64,000 nucleotides of DNA from an uncultured virus (IMG/VR IMGVR_UViG_3300027749_000091) (IMGVR_UViG_3300027749_000091), one strand, 5' to 3'; shown: positions 9,028 to 18,800, numbered from the stretch's first letter. Program-made: numbers and translations. Notes: generated by a model not told the origin, from the sequence alone.

Positions 9028-9083
9028 AGTGCTGCCTGATAGGCGCTTAGATTAGGCGCTTATCGGATTATCACTTGATAGTC
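9028..9083 (+). ncRNA. Candidate structured RNA (two hairpins plus pseudoknot)
   Basis: 14-bp hairpin 9036-9066 and 6-bp hairpin 9067-9082. Loop ACU is complementary to upstream AGU at 9028. Confidence 0.5.
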
Positions 9084-9106
9084 GATAACTTAGAGGATTT
9101 ATAAAA

Positions 9107-10248
9107 ATGCGTGAAATTTATACTTTTTACTACAAGCTAGCTAACGGGCTTACCGATCAGGTGCAATTTAGGGCAGTCAGCCTAGATGATGCGCTTAATA
9201 GCTGGTATTCATTTATTTTGGAAAACCGCTTAGACGTAGTGGATTTTGACCACGAAGCCGAAGCAATCGAGGAAGAACGGGAGTTTTAAAAATGAGAAAA
9301 CTATATATAGCCAAGGGTTACAACTCTTGGAATAACAAGGAATTACATAGAGCTTTTAAAACTGAAAAAGAGGCCAACCAATTTATGAACGGGCTTACAG
9401 ACCCTCATTTAGTAGTTATGAGCTACAACACCACCACGCAACTAGTCAACACCTTATTAGGCAATCAAGGGGTAACAGCATGAACCACTACCAGCGATTT
9501 AACTACACACTAGCCCGCGCTTATGCTCGCAAGGAAATCAGCGCGAAACAGTTAACCGCATTAATAGCCATATATAGGGGGTTTAAATGAATTATTTTTA
9601 TGATAATGACGCGCACCATTTACAAGTTTATGAGGGGGATTTGCTTTTAATAGAGATTCCCTACTGCGATCCCATGACCGAGCAAGAGGCAGAACAATTA
9701 GCCATTGAATTATTCAACCAATCAAAAGAGGGGGTTTAAATGAATACATTAAGAGATCGTTTGGCAGTATCTCAAAACCTATCAGATGACAATTTAGGGC
9801 TATTTGCATGGCTTAAGGGGTATAGGTTATGCACTGAGGACTGCCAAGAAATACGCGGAACCGCTTATTCTGGCGAAACAGTATCCCATGCAGTAGAGGA
9901 TTTTTTAAACGCTTACGAGGCTTAGGGGGAAAAATGGAAGATTTTACAGGGCAGGGCATTCTAGAGGACGCGTATTCATTTGATAGGCCAGCGCATATCG
10001 TGGGGAACGCGCTTTTAAACGGGTTTATCCGCGCCGGGTATACCAAAGAACAGGCCATAAACCTATTCTATTCTAAGGCCGTTAGGTGGGCATTAGATGG
10101 CGCACTAGGGGAACACCTAGAAGAGATCGGGTTCCAATACGGGCAGATTATGGCGCAGGAATACACGCCCGAGGAATTCAACTACCCATTACAACCCGAT
10201 CAAAAGATTGCGCTTATGCAGCATAACCGTATTGAGGAAAAAGCATAA
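9107..10248 (+). other. Cluster of short tandem early ORFs (9107-9289, 9292-9483, 9480-9590, 9587-9739, 9740-9925, 9934-10248)
   Basis: Abutting ORFs with purine-rich RBSs. No function recognised. Confidence 0.6.
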
Positions 10249-10832
10249 TGAAAATTTTAGTGGCTTGTGAGTTTTCTGGTGTTGTAAGGGACGCATTTTC
10301 ATCATTAGGTCATTACGCTATGAGTTGCGATATTTTGCCCACGGAAAAAAATGGTAATCATTATCAAGGCGACATACGAGATGTATTGGAATGGGATTGG
10401 GACTTAATGATAGCCCACCCACCATGCACATATTTATCTAATGCTGGTGCTAGGCATTTATACCCAAAAAAAGTATTAAATAAAAATAGGCTAGCAAAAG
10501 GATTGGAAGCTAAAGATTTTTTTATGACTTTGTATAATGCTCCAATATTAAAAATATGTATTGAGAATCCAATTCCCTCAAAAATATTTGAATTGCCTAA
10601 ATATAACCAAATAATTCAACCCTATGAATTTGGACACCCTTTTAAGAAAAAAACGTGCTTATGGCTTAGGGGGCTTGAGCCCCTTATTCCCACGCAAATT
10701 TTAGAGGAAAGGCAAAGCAGCAAAATAGCCGGAAATTGGTTCAACAAAGGCGGAAAAGATAGGCAAAAAAATCGTGCAAAAACGTTTGATGGTATTGCGG
10801 AAGCTATGGCAACCCAATGGGGAAACCTGTAA
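10248..10832 (+). CDS. Short phage-type DNA cytosine methyltransferase-like protein
   Basis: MKILVACEFSG (motif I-like), AHPPC catalytic motif, ENP, and KKTCLWL. Confidence 0.75.
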   Translation: MKILVACEFSGVVRDAFSSLGHYAMSCDILPTEKNGNHYQGDIRDVLEWDWDLMIAHPPCTYLSNAGARHLYPKKVLNKNRLAKGLEAKDFFMTLYNAPILKICIENPIPSKIFELPKYNQIIQPYEFGHPFKKKTCLWLRGLEPLIPTQILEERQSSKIAGNWFNKGGKDRQKNRAKTFDGIAEAMATQWGNL

Positions 10833-10889
10833 AAGTTACCCTGAAATGCCTCATTTAAGGGGGGTATTTTGGAGTAGGGTTTACCCTAT
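10831..10889 (+). ncRNA. Second instance of the 9028-9083 RNA architecture, or a terminator/operator region
   Basis: AAA-GUUAC, then a 12-bp hairpin 10841-10872, then hairpin GUAGGG(uuua)CCCUAU. Confidence 0.35.
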
Positions 10890-11026
10890 GTTTTCACTTG
10901 CTTTCGTGGCAAGTGAGAATATTTAGTAGTAGAAGGCTATTTTTTTAAAGTCGGCATTAAGTATTAATTGTTGTTGTATTTTTTGCAGTAAAAAGCTAAG
11001 AGCGGGTCAGGCTTAGTGAAATAATT

Positions 11027-11055
11027 TTGCATTACGCAATATATGGTAGTAAGAT
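11027..11055 (+). promoter_or_regulatory. Sigma70-type promoter
   Basis: TTGCAT-17 bp-TAAGAT, followed by the AACCTAGAGGAG RBS module. Confidence 0.55.
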
Positions 11056-11096
11056 TTGTATTGTATTGAAGAAGGCTAACCTAGAGGAGAAACAAA

Positions 11097-13072
11097 ATGA
11101 GCTATGACTCTGATTTTGAAAGTGTTTTTATGGTGGAATTTGAATCAGGTAAAACAATCAATGTTAGTTTTTACAATGTTGAAGATGTAAAACAATATTG
11201 TAAGTATGCGTATGAAGGACAAGCTATCAAATCAATTTATCAAGAAGTTTATATTGCGGAGGAAGCATGAAAAAAGTTTAAAGCCACATGGGGTGAAGGC
11301 TATGTTAATCCCGAAACATCAATTATCAGTTTTGACGAAATTGATAATGACAATGGCTGGGAGGAATGGGCGATTGAAAAAATTAATGCTCTTGCAATAG
11401 GACAAAGTGCTGATTGCTCTGATATTAGTGGAGTTGTAAATGTTCAACGAATTTCTTAGGGGAAACAAAAATGAAAATAACGCTTGAAGTAGAAGTGCCA
11501 AAAGGCACAACAGTTGCAGAGATTGAAGGTGCAGTCAAACAACATTTTGACCCTGATTGGATGTCAAGCTGGTGGCATATTGATGATGTAAAAGGCCAAG
11601 CAAATGGCTGGGATGAGGAAGATACAGAACATTCCATTACAGATGAAGAAGCGCGTGAAATATTGCGCCTAGCTGATAAGTATCACAATTGCGAAGTAGG
11701 AATCAATTGGGATGTATTAGATCATTGGATTGACCATCTAAAAGCACAACGAAAGGAAGTAGCATGAACTTAGACGAGATGAGAGATCACTTTGCGGGAT
11801 TGGCTTTACCCGCAGTTATGGCAAAGTATCCTAGTGCTAGTGAGATTGGGGTGGCAGAGCTAGCCTATTCTTATGCGGACGCTATGATTGTGGTCAGAGA
11901 TGTTGAACCCCAAGATTATGGAGTAAATAATGAAATATAAAGTATATCTAATTGACAAGATTATAGAGGCCGATACCCCCATTGAGTTGCACAACATGGT
12001 TTGGGATTGGCAGATCGACCACCAGATCGCGGAGGACGATTGGACTAGCCCTGCCGTATGGTTTGGTAGTGAAGTAATCGGGGCAATTAACTACAACGGG
12101 AGGATATGTGAACAAAAAAAGGAAGATTGAGGATTTAACAAAAAACATTATTTACATGGAAACAATGTATCTAGCAGTAGAGGGCTATAAAAAGGACATT
12201 GTTAAAAAGAACCTAGAGAGAACCGCGGAGGAATTATGCAACTTGATAAAAGCTATTTCATTAACCAAATAGAGCAGTATCTACATAAAATGGACAAAGA
12301 CGAAATGAAACCATACGCCGTTAAAGTGAATTATAGTGGGACTAAGTGGTATTTTTTAGACGCACCGGACGAGAGCGAGGCCGAGGAAGTAGCTTGCGAA
12401 ATGTTTGGAAACGAGTTTAAATTGAAAGACGTAGAAACAGAAGCATTTGCAGAAAGGGATAGTGATGACTAATGAAAAGGAATTCTTTGACGCGCTTTTA
12501 AAGCTGGAAAAGATAAAGCCGACGGAACCATTGACGGACGCAGAGATAGAGCAAATCTACTTTGATGTATCTAGATTAACCTCAATTAGCCCGCTACTTG
12601 ACTTTGTTAGACGGATTGAACACGCACATGGGATTGGAGTTAATGATGAATGATACCCTGCAAGTTGGTGATGTAATCTGTGCATTCCTGTTTGGCCTAT
12701 TCATTGTTGCGTGGTGCTTAATATGACGCGGGACAGGCTTATAGGCCTAGTAGGCCAAATGGATTCTATGGGAGGTTTTGCTGGTAAAATAGGTGAAGCT
12801 GCTTTATTGGCTGACAAAGACAATCTTCAAAGGCTGATGGACGCCTTTCCTGAGTATTTTATTGAGCAAAAGGCTACTGCGTGGACGCGACTATTATTTA
12901 CTTGAAAGACGGTAAAGACGGGAAGATTGAGGTATCTATGGAACTGATTGGCGATCCAAGCCAATCATTCCTAGTTGCTAATGCTATCGTCAATAACCTA
13001 TATATGCTGGAAAATACTGTATTCGTGAACAACGAGTTTACCCAACAACCACCTACGACAAGAGTGCAATAA
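11097..13072 (+). other. Second cluster of short early ORFs (including 11471-11767, 11764-11940, 11930-12130, 12236-12472, 12881-13072)
   Basis: Tightly packed small plus-strand ORFs of unknown function. Confidence 0.55.
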
Positions 13073-13835
13073 GGCTTTTACCAGCTATATCAGCACCAAC
13101 CCTTAACTCGAAATCATTGAAATCTTCGCCTGTATTTGGGGAAACCCAATACGGGCGATTTGTTTTCTTAGCGGTCTTAATTCCTACGGGGTCATGGTCT
13201 GCCACTATCAGGCCATCAGGAAACTGTTTGGATACTTCCAATAGGTTGCTAGCCGAAAAGCAAACAACGATCTTGTAGCGCGTTTTAATGGCCTTCAATG
13301 CCCGTCTTATGGACATAGCCGTAGCGTATCCCTCACACAAGAGTGGGACACCCTTGTTATCAAAGATTGCAACCGCGCCCTTATTCTTTTGCCCAGAAAG
13401 AAACTTCTTAGTTCCGTCAGTATCTATCAGTTGGAGGCCAGAAATGTTGCCATCTATCCGCATTGGGATAACTAGCTTTCCTTCCCAGATCAATGCTTCC
13501 TCTTCTGCAAAACCCTTGCGGCCTAGATAAGCATGAGTGGCTTTAATCGCTTGCTTAAGTATCCAGCCAGCTTTGGATGCCGCCTTCTGGTTACGTTCTT
13601 CAGTATTCTTTTGGGACTGTTGTATCTTAACTCTGTATAAGGGATCATTTGCACCTTTCCAAGATATAGCTTTTTCATGGACTGCCCAATTCTTAACCGC
13701 GCCCGAATTACCATCGTAAATATAAGAACCATTCCGCTTCTTTGGGTGATCTAAAGTAGGAACTCTAGTCCACCGATCATAAACAAGGTGATCTATGATT
13801 AACCCGTGTTGCTCTGCAAACGCCTGAAAGCTCAT
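13053..13835 (-). CDS. TOPRIM-domain DNA primase-like protein
   Basis: LVIPM...LQLI..DGTKKF; TOPRIM motifs LCEGYATA and IVADHD. Confidence 0.85.
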   Translation of the reverse strand: MSFQAFAEQHGLIIDHLVYDRWTRVPTLDHPKKRNGSYIYDGNSGAVKNWAVHEKAISWKGANDPLYRVKIQQSQKNTEERNQKAASKAGWILKQAIKATHAYLGRKGFAEEEALIWEGKLVIPMRIDGNISGLQLIDTDGTKKFLSGQKNKGAVAIFDNKGVPLLCEGYATAMSIRRALKAIKTRYKIVVCFSASNLLEVSKQFPDGLIVADHDPVGIKTAKKTNRPYWVSPNTGEDFNDFELRVGADIAGKSLIALLS

Positions 13836-14015
13836 GTAATGTCCTAATGTATATTGGAATTCATTTGTTGTAGTAAAGATTTCTCAAGCTCTTCTAAAAA
13901 ATCAATATAATCTTTGTTTGATGGTTTGCGCCTGCCTGTTTTTTCTCGTACTGATTTTTTTAAGTATTTATCAAAGGCTCTTAACTCATCTTCTATATTC
14001 TTCATTTGCATTCCT

Positions 14016-15494
14016 TTACGCGGCTAATTTTGATTTTGAATACGCAATAAACCTACTCTTAATCCACTTAATTGTTTGTATTGAAGTGGGACGAACTTCT
14101 TTAGGAATAGAGCGCGGGAATACGCCATACTTTTCCTTGTATTTATGGGATGCCCATCCCTCTTTGTAGCCCTTTTGTTGTCCGTAATACAGTAGCTCTG
14201 AATAGAACTGCTTGTTATCTGCAACGCCTTTACTATTGGACGCCATTAGCTCAAGTAATTCACCATTGACGGAGGTAACCCCAGTAGGAGGCTTCTTTTC
14301 AAAGCCACATGAGCCACAGATATAAGACTTAAATATCCACAAAGCCTTGCAAACGGGGCAAACTGCTTCTTTCTTTTCCTTTTCAGTTGGTTCTTTCTTG
14401 GCCTTTTCAACCGCACTATCTTTAAGCTCAGTTACGCCCTCGTAAAAAACCTTATCCCAATCTTTACGAAACCGCAAGAAGTTACCTGAATGATCAAGCC
14501 ACAGGCCAAACTCTTTGCCCTCATTGGGGCGCATGATCCTGCCCATCTGTTGCACATGAGAGGAAAATGATTTACTGAATGGACGGGCTGATACGCCGAT
14601 CATTACATCCGGCACGTCAAAACCACGAGTTAAAATATCAGTAGCTATTAGCCCATGAATATCTGTGTCGGGCTTACTAAATTCCTCAATCATGTCCTTC
14701 TTATATTGATCATCTTCTAAGTAAGATATGGAAATAAAGTTATATCCTGCCTCATTAAACTGCCTCACCAACTCGCGCCCGTGTTCTACGCCAGCACAAA
14801 AAACAATTGTTTTCATTGGTTTACCAAATATCTCATGGGTTTTCTTATGCCATTCGTGGACTACATCTCCAACAATCTTGATACCGCGCTCAGTTACATC
14901 TTCTGCTGCCCATTCTCCAGCCCGCTTCTTGGCACCAGTCATGTCAATCTCTTTAGCAACAAACACTTTCAAGGGAACTAACCAACCCCTTTCAATTAGA
15001 TCGCCTGTAGGTGTCGCGCCCACAACGTGAGTATAGATATCGCCTAGCCCCTTAGTAAACGGAGTAGCGGTTAACCCGATAACCTTGATCTGAGGATTAT
15101 CACGAATGAAATTAACTACGCCTCTACGGGTAATGTGGCATTCATCAACGATCAATAGATCAATATCGGGGAATGTTTGGCGTTTCTCTAGGGTTTGTGC
15201 AGAACACACTTGGATATGCTCATAAGGACGATGACGCCAATGTCCTGCTTGCATAACTCCATGTTCTATTCCATACTTTGTAAGGCGGCGGCTGGTTTGA
15301 TCTACTAAAACTATTCGATCCATCACCATCGCGCACTTCTTGTATTTCTCAGCAACGGCTTTCATAATCGCCATCGCTACTTCTGTTTTACCAAACCCCG
15401 TTGGGGCATATAACAGTTGGCATCTATGTCCGTTTGCAAAGCCCTCTCGTAGCTTTTGAACAACTTCCTCTTGATGAATCCTTAACTCAAGCAT
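14016..15494 (-). CDS. Superfamily 2 (DExH) helicase with C-terminal Zn ribbon
   Basis: APTGFGKT, DECH, TAT, QQMGRIMR; CPVC...CGSC. Confidence 0.92.
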   Translation of the reverse strand: MLELRIHQEEVVQKLREGFANGHRCQLLYAPTGFGKTEVAMAIMKAVAEKYKKCAMVMDRIVLVDQTSRRLTKYGIEHGVMQAGHWRHRPYEHIQVCSAQTLEKRQTFPDIDLLIVDECHITRRGVVNFIRDNPQIKVIGLTATPFTKGLGDIYTHVVGATPTGDLIERGWLVPLKVFVAKEIDMTGAKKRAGEWAAEDVTERGIKIVGDVVHEWHKKTHEIFGKPMKTIVFCAGVEHGRELVRQFNEAGYNFISISYLEDDQYKKDMIEEFSKPDTDIHGLIATDILTRGFDVPDVMIGVSARPFSKSFSSHVQQMGRIMRPNEGKEFGLWLDHSGNFLRFRKDWDKVFYEGVTELKDSAVEKAKKEPTEKEKKEAVCPVCKALWIFKSYICGSCGFEKKPPTGVTSVNGELLELMASNSKGVADNKQFYSELLYYGQQKGYKEGWASHKYKEKYGVFPRSIPKEVRPTSIQTIKWIKSRFIAYSKSKLAA

Positions 15495-15536
15495 CTTATC
15501 TCCAATTACTTAATAGGAAACCGCCTATTGTCGGGT

Positions 15537-15632
15537 GGGGTACTCACGGAAGGAGTGTTGTAAGAAAAAAACCATTTAAAACCTACAACTTATACACTGT
15601 CTTAGGTCGCCAAACCGACCACGCTTTCCCCC
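15537..15632 (-). ncRNA. Candidate structured leader RNA with a sarcin-ricin/loop-E module
   Basis: GGGG-GAA-AGCG ... CGUG-AGUA-CCCC closing stem. Internal hairpins GGUCG/CGACC and GUUGUAGG/CUUACAAC. Confidence 0.55.
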
Positions 15633-15637
15633 GTAAA

Positions 15638-16474
15638 CTATGCTACTTCTTTTTCCAACTTTTTGGCCTTACGCTCCCAATAAGAAACTTGTTTTTTTAA
15701 TTCCGCGCATTCTCGTTGGAATGAATCACGGGATGCTTTAAGGACTCGGTTGTCTGCTTCAAGAGTTTTAATTGTCTTTTCCATTTCGTCAAACTTAGCT
15801 TGGGCAAGAACTCGTTCTTCAGGCGTAGCTTCCATCGCAGCGACAGCCAAACGCGTTTGCAACTTTTCGTTTTCAGCAACAATGTCCTGCATTTCCGATG
15901 CAATCTCTTGGATTTTATCCTCTTCAGTAAGCTCGTATCGCGGAGCTGTTGGTGCAAATTCATTGTATTCTTTCTTGGGGCTTTTAATATCATATTCTGT
16001 GCCGCTTCTGTTTACATTAATAATCTCAGGTTGTTTTCCAGAAGCCCTGCGAATCTTTGCCACAAATGGGTGAGATACCCGCAATATCTTGGCTAATTGC
16101 CTATCACTTTGATTGGTATATCTTTCTTTTTCTAAAGCCAAGCTAAGTGCATGGCGCTTATCTTCTGGAGAATAACGCTCTCCGTTATCATGGTTAGCAT
16201 GAACTAGGGCATAGTCAAACGCATCTTCATACGTTCCCATACGAACATCTGCATCAATGATTTCCAAGCCCGATTTCTTGTGAGCATAGTAACGTTTCCA
16301 ACCATCCGCTAGGTGGTATTCATCTCCGTCATGGAAAAGAACAATCGGGGGAAACTTATCGCCATCGAGCATGGCTTGTGCATACTCATCAACGATCTCC
16401 TGATTAATACCCACCCGCATCATTAATTCTGATTCTATTTTAATTTCTGATAGTTTCATACATTCCTCATTCAT
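15638..16474 (-). CDS. ParB/Srx-like N-terminal domain protein with HTH and coiled coil
   Basis: VDEYAQAM..GDKFPPIVLF....LADGWKRYYA; SDRQLAKILRVSHPFV. Confidence 0.75.
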   Translation of the reverse strand: MNEECMKLSEIKIESELMMRVGINQEIVDEYAQAMLDGDKFPPIVLFHDGDEYHLADGWKRYYAHKKSGLEIIDADVRMGTYEDAFDYALVHANHDNGERYSPEDKRHALSLALEKERYTNQSDRQLAKILRVSHPFVAKIRRASGKQPEIINVNRSGTEYDIKSPKKEYNEFAPTAPRYELTEEDKIQEIASEMQDIVAENEKLQTRLAVAAMEATPEERVLAQAKFDEMEKTIKTLEADNRVLKASRDSFQRECAELKKQVSYWERKAKKLEKEVA

Positions 16475-16652
16475 ATCGTTTTAAATTGCTTAAAGCCATC
16501 TTAAGCTCATGTTCGCCCGATTTGGGATTATTGGCTACCCGCAAGGACTCTATGGCTTGTTCTTTCCATCTGATTGATTGTTGCACCGAACCCGTTTTAA
16601 CGGAATTAGGGATTACCTTAGCTTGATTTTTTATCTGTTCTCTGGTACTCAT
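16467..16652 (-). CDS. Small hypothetical protein
   Basis: 61-aa ORF within the operon. Confidence 0.5.
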   Translation of the reverse strand: MSTREQIKNQAKVIPNSVKTGSVQQSIRWKEQAIESLRVANNPKSGEHELKMALSNLKRYE

Positions 16653-17136
16653 ACGATCTTTGGCTTAATTGTTTTAAATCACTTGATTCTTTATCTGTTA
16701 ATGATGATACGTTCTTCATTGATTCCAATGGAAAGTAAGTAATCTCATGGTAATTTAGAGGGTAATTAATTTGCTTGCCGTTATGATTTATAACCTTAGG
16801 TTCCATCAAAACATCCAAATAATTGCCATAAATTCTTTTTTCAAACTCATCCACAAAAAACAAAAACACCCGCAAATTGTGTTGATTACTAATAAATAAA
16901 TAATCCTTTAAGTGGCGATTATCTATGCCGGTATCAGGGTAATACGTTCTACGGGCTTTAGTTTTTACATCAACAATAGCCAATGATTTTTTATCTGGCG
17001 TAGCAATTAACCGATCAAAAGGATGAGCGCCATCAAACACGGGGTGATAAGGAATGATGTTATTTTTAAGCAGATAAGTATCTACCAAACTCTCACCCAA
17101 ATCCCCCTTTTTAACTTCGGTTCTATCCTGCCACAT
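16618..17136 (-). CDS. PD-(D/E)XK restriction-endonuclease-fold protein
   Basis: KGDLGESLV...PFDRL...VDVKTK. Its start overlaps the stop of the methyltransferase gene. Confidence 0.65.
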   Translation of the reverse strand: MWQDRTEVKKGDLGESLVDTYLLKNNIIPYHPVFDGAHPFDRLIATPDKKSLAIVDVKTKARRTYYPDTGIDNRHLKDYLFISNQHNLRVFLFFVDEFEKRIYGNYLDVLMEPKVINHNGKQINYPLNYHEITYFPLESMKNVSSLTDKESSDLKQLSQRSYEYQRTDKKSS

Positions 17137-18239
17137 TAAAATTTCTCAGTATCATTTCCAAAGGTTTCCCAACCCTCTCGTTTCTCACGGCTAAAGTATT
17201 CTAACTTTCTACCAATCGTAACTTCATCTACCATCTGATAAAACGCATCTGGCTTACGGCTATGCTGACGGCGCGACTCTCTGATGATGTCCCGCCATGT
17301 AGTGTTATTCCATTTTGGTTTGCCTTTAACCGCAACCAAACAAAACTCGCACTGCATTCTTAACCAGCTTCCCATGCCAATCTTTTCCTTATCCCATACC
17401 ATTGTTGCCTTATATTCAAAGCCCCAATGATTTAGTAGCTCTTTAGCATCAAAGATAAATTGATGGGTAGTCCATAGGAATAACACGCTATCTTTGGCAA
17501 AAGGAATCTCCATCTTCAGTAGCTCATCTTGCTTCATCTCTGGATATGGATTGGCTACACGGCTGCCTTCTGGATCATACTTGCGCCCATAGTTCCAAGG
17601 AGGATCAAGCACAACTATCTCAAACACACCCGATGGAAGAACGGCCTTACCGGTAGCAATATCTTCTTTCTGTTGGGCTACATCTTCCTCGTGTTGTTGC
17701 TTTTTCTCTGCATTTTTAATTTGTTTGTGGGCTTCATTAATACTAATCTCGCCTTTAGCTAAAGCTTTCTTTACTTCTTCTGATCCTTTTTCCTCAATCT
17801 TATTAACTTTAGATATGGTGTCGTGAGAAACGCCAGCTAATTTTGCTAACTCTGCATTAACGTGTACCGGTTTAGCAGATTTCTGCTGAACCGCTCCACC
17901 GGAAGCTTTTTGATTTGCTTTGGCTCTTGCGGAAATTTCTGATCCTAAACGAATTGCCAGAGTGCCACGAACATAAGGGTTTAAGTTTCTACGCCCAAAT
18001 TGATTGGTAATAATCCATTCAATTACCTCACTGCGGTTTTCAAAAGCGCGATCTATTGTTTTAAATGGCAGATCATTGCGCTTACAAATGTCATAACGGT
18101 TATGCCCGTCTACTAACACCCCGTTCCAAAGAACTAATGGGTCTCTACAACCATCCCGCTTAATGTTTTCCTCAAGTTGTAAAAGCTCTGCTGGTGCTAA
18201 CTCCGGAATTAAATCTTTAAACTCGTTATCAATTTTCAT
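17136..18239 (-). CDS. ParB-like domain fused to an MT-A70 family adenine methyltransferase
   Basis: N-terminal RDPLVLW..VLVDGHNRY (ParB). C-terminal LDPPW, LFLWTT, WDK, W.R...EFCL, HSRKP, LEYFSR (MT-A70). Confidence 0.9.
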   Translation of the reverse strand: MKIDNEFKDLIPELAPAELLQLEENIKRDGCRDPLVLWNGVLVDGHNRYDICKRNDLPFKTIDRAFENRSEVIEWIITNQFGRRNLNPYVRGTLAIRLGSEISARAKANQKASGGAVQQKSAKPVHVNAELAKLAGVSHDTISKVNKIEEKGSEEVKKALAKGEISINEAHKQIKNAEKKQQHEEDVAQQKEDIATGKAVLPSGVFEIVVLDPPWNYGRKYDPEGSRVANPYPEMKQDELLKMEIPFAKDSVLFLWTTHQFIFDAKELLNHWGFEYKATMVWDKEKIGMGSWLRMQCEFCLVAVKGKPKWNNTTWRDIIRESRRQHSRKPDAFYQMVDEVTIGRKLEYFSREKREGWETFGNDTEKF

Positions 18240-18300
18240 TTCTTTTCCTCTTCGTTAAAATACTACCGCCTCTTTGTATCCACTTCATACACGTCGTTAA

Positions 18301-18475
18301 AACTGAACCCGTTTGGTGGGCGCACCTAGCCTACCTAGGTGAGCCTTCAACTGAACCCTCTTTGGAGCCACAGCACCCGCCAGCCGCTCGTAGAATCGGT
18401 GCTAGCTTCGCCGCCGATATATGCACTATTCCGTCTACTACCCCCAGTAGTGCTGATACCTAACCCGCTGGTGTA
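18301..18475 (-). ncRNA. Candidate GC-rich structured non-coding element
   Basis: Stems CACCUAG/CUAGGUG, AUCGG/CCGAU, GCACUA/UAGUGC and CCAGC/GCUGG. Direct repeat AACTGAACCC at 18301 and 18349. Confidence 0.4.
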
Positions 18476-18504
18476 TTTGAAGCCGCCCAGATTAGACAGC
18501 AGAA

Positions 18505-18655
18505 ATGAAAAAGCCCCATACAACTGGAGTCTGTTTGGAAGATTCTATTGTGCTTGTCAATCCACGAACCAAGCATAATAAAACTATGACAGACCCCATG
18601 TGTATAGGGCTTCGTGGTCGATAATAACATAAACAAACCTTCCAAGTTCGTCTCT
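18505..18655 (-). ncRNA. Candidate attenuator-like 5' leader RNA
   Basis: AGCCCUAUAC..UGGGGUCUG pairs with CAGACUCCA..GUAUGGGGCU, followed by a U tract. Further pairings UUGGAAG/CUUCCAA and CCACGAA/UUCGUGG. Confidence 0.5.
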
Positions 18656-18663
18656 GCATTAAA

Positions 18664-18692
18664 ACTATAACACGGGCTTTTAATCCGTGCAA
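18664..18692 (-). promoter_or_regulatory. Sigma70-type promoter of the methyltransferase/replication operon
   Basis: TTGCAC-17 bp-TATAGT with a TGn extension. Confidence 0.65.
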
Positions 18693-18781
18693 GAAAAAGA
18701 ATGGGGGGAAGGTATATTCACTTCACCCCCGAATGCCATGTGGAGAGGAGCCACAGGCAAAGGATACCCGAGGAAGGTATT
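18693..18781 (-). ncRNA. Putative small RNA with anti-SD (CUCCU/UUCCUC) loops and its own terminator
   Basis: Hairpins AUACC(uuccucg)GGUAU and UGCCUGUGG(cuccucu)CCACAUGGCA, then GGGGG..GAAG/CUUCCCCCC and a U-rich tail. Confidence 0.55.
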
Positions 18782-18800
18782 AGGAGGAATATACCACATA

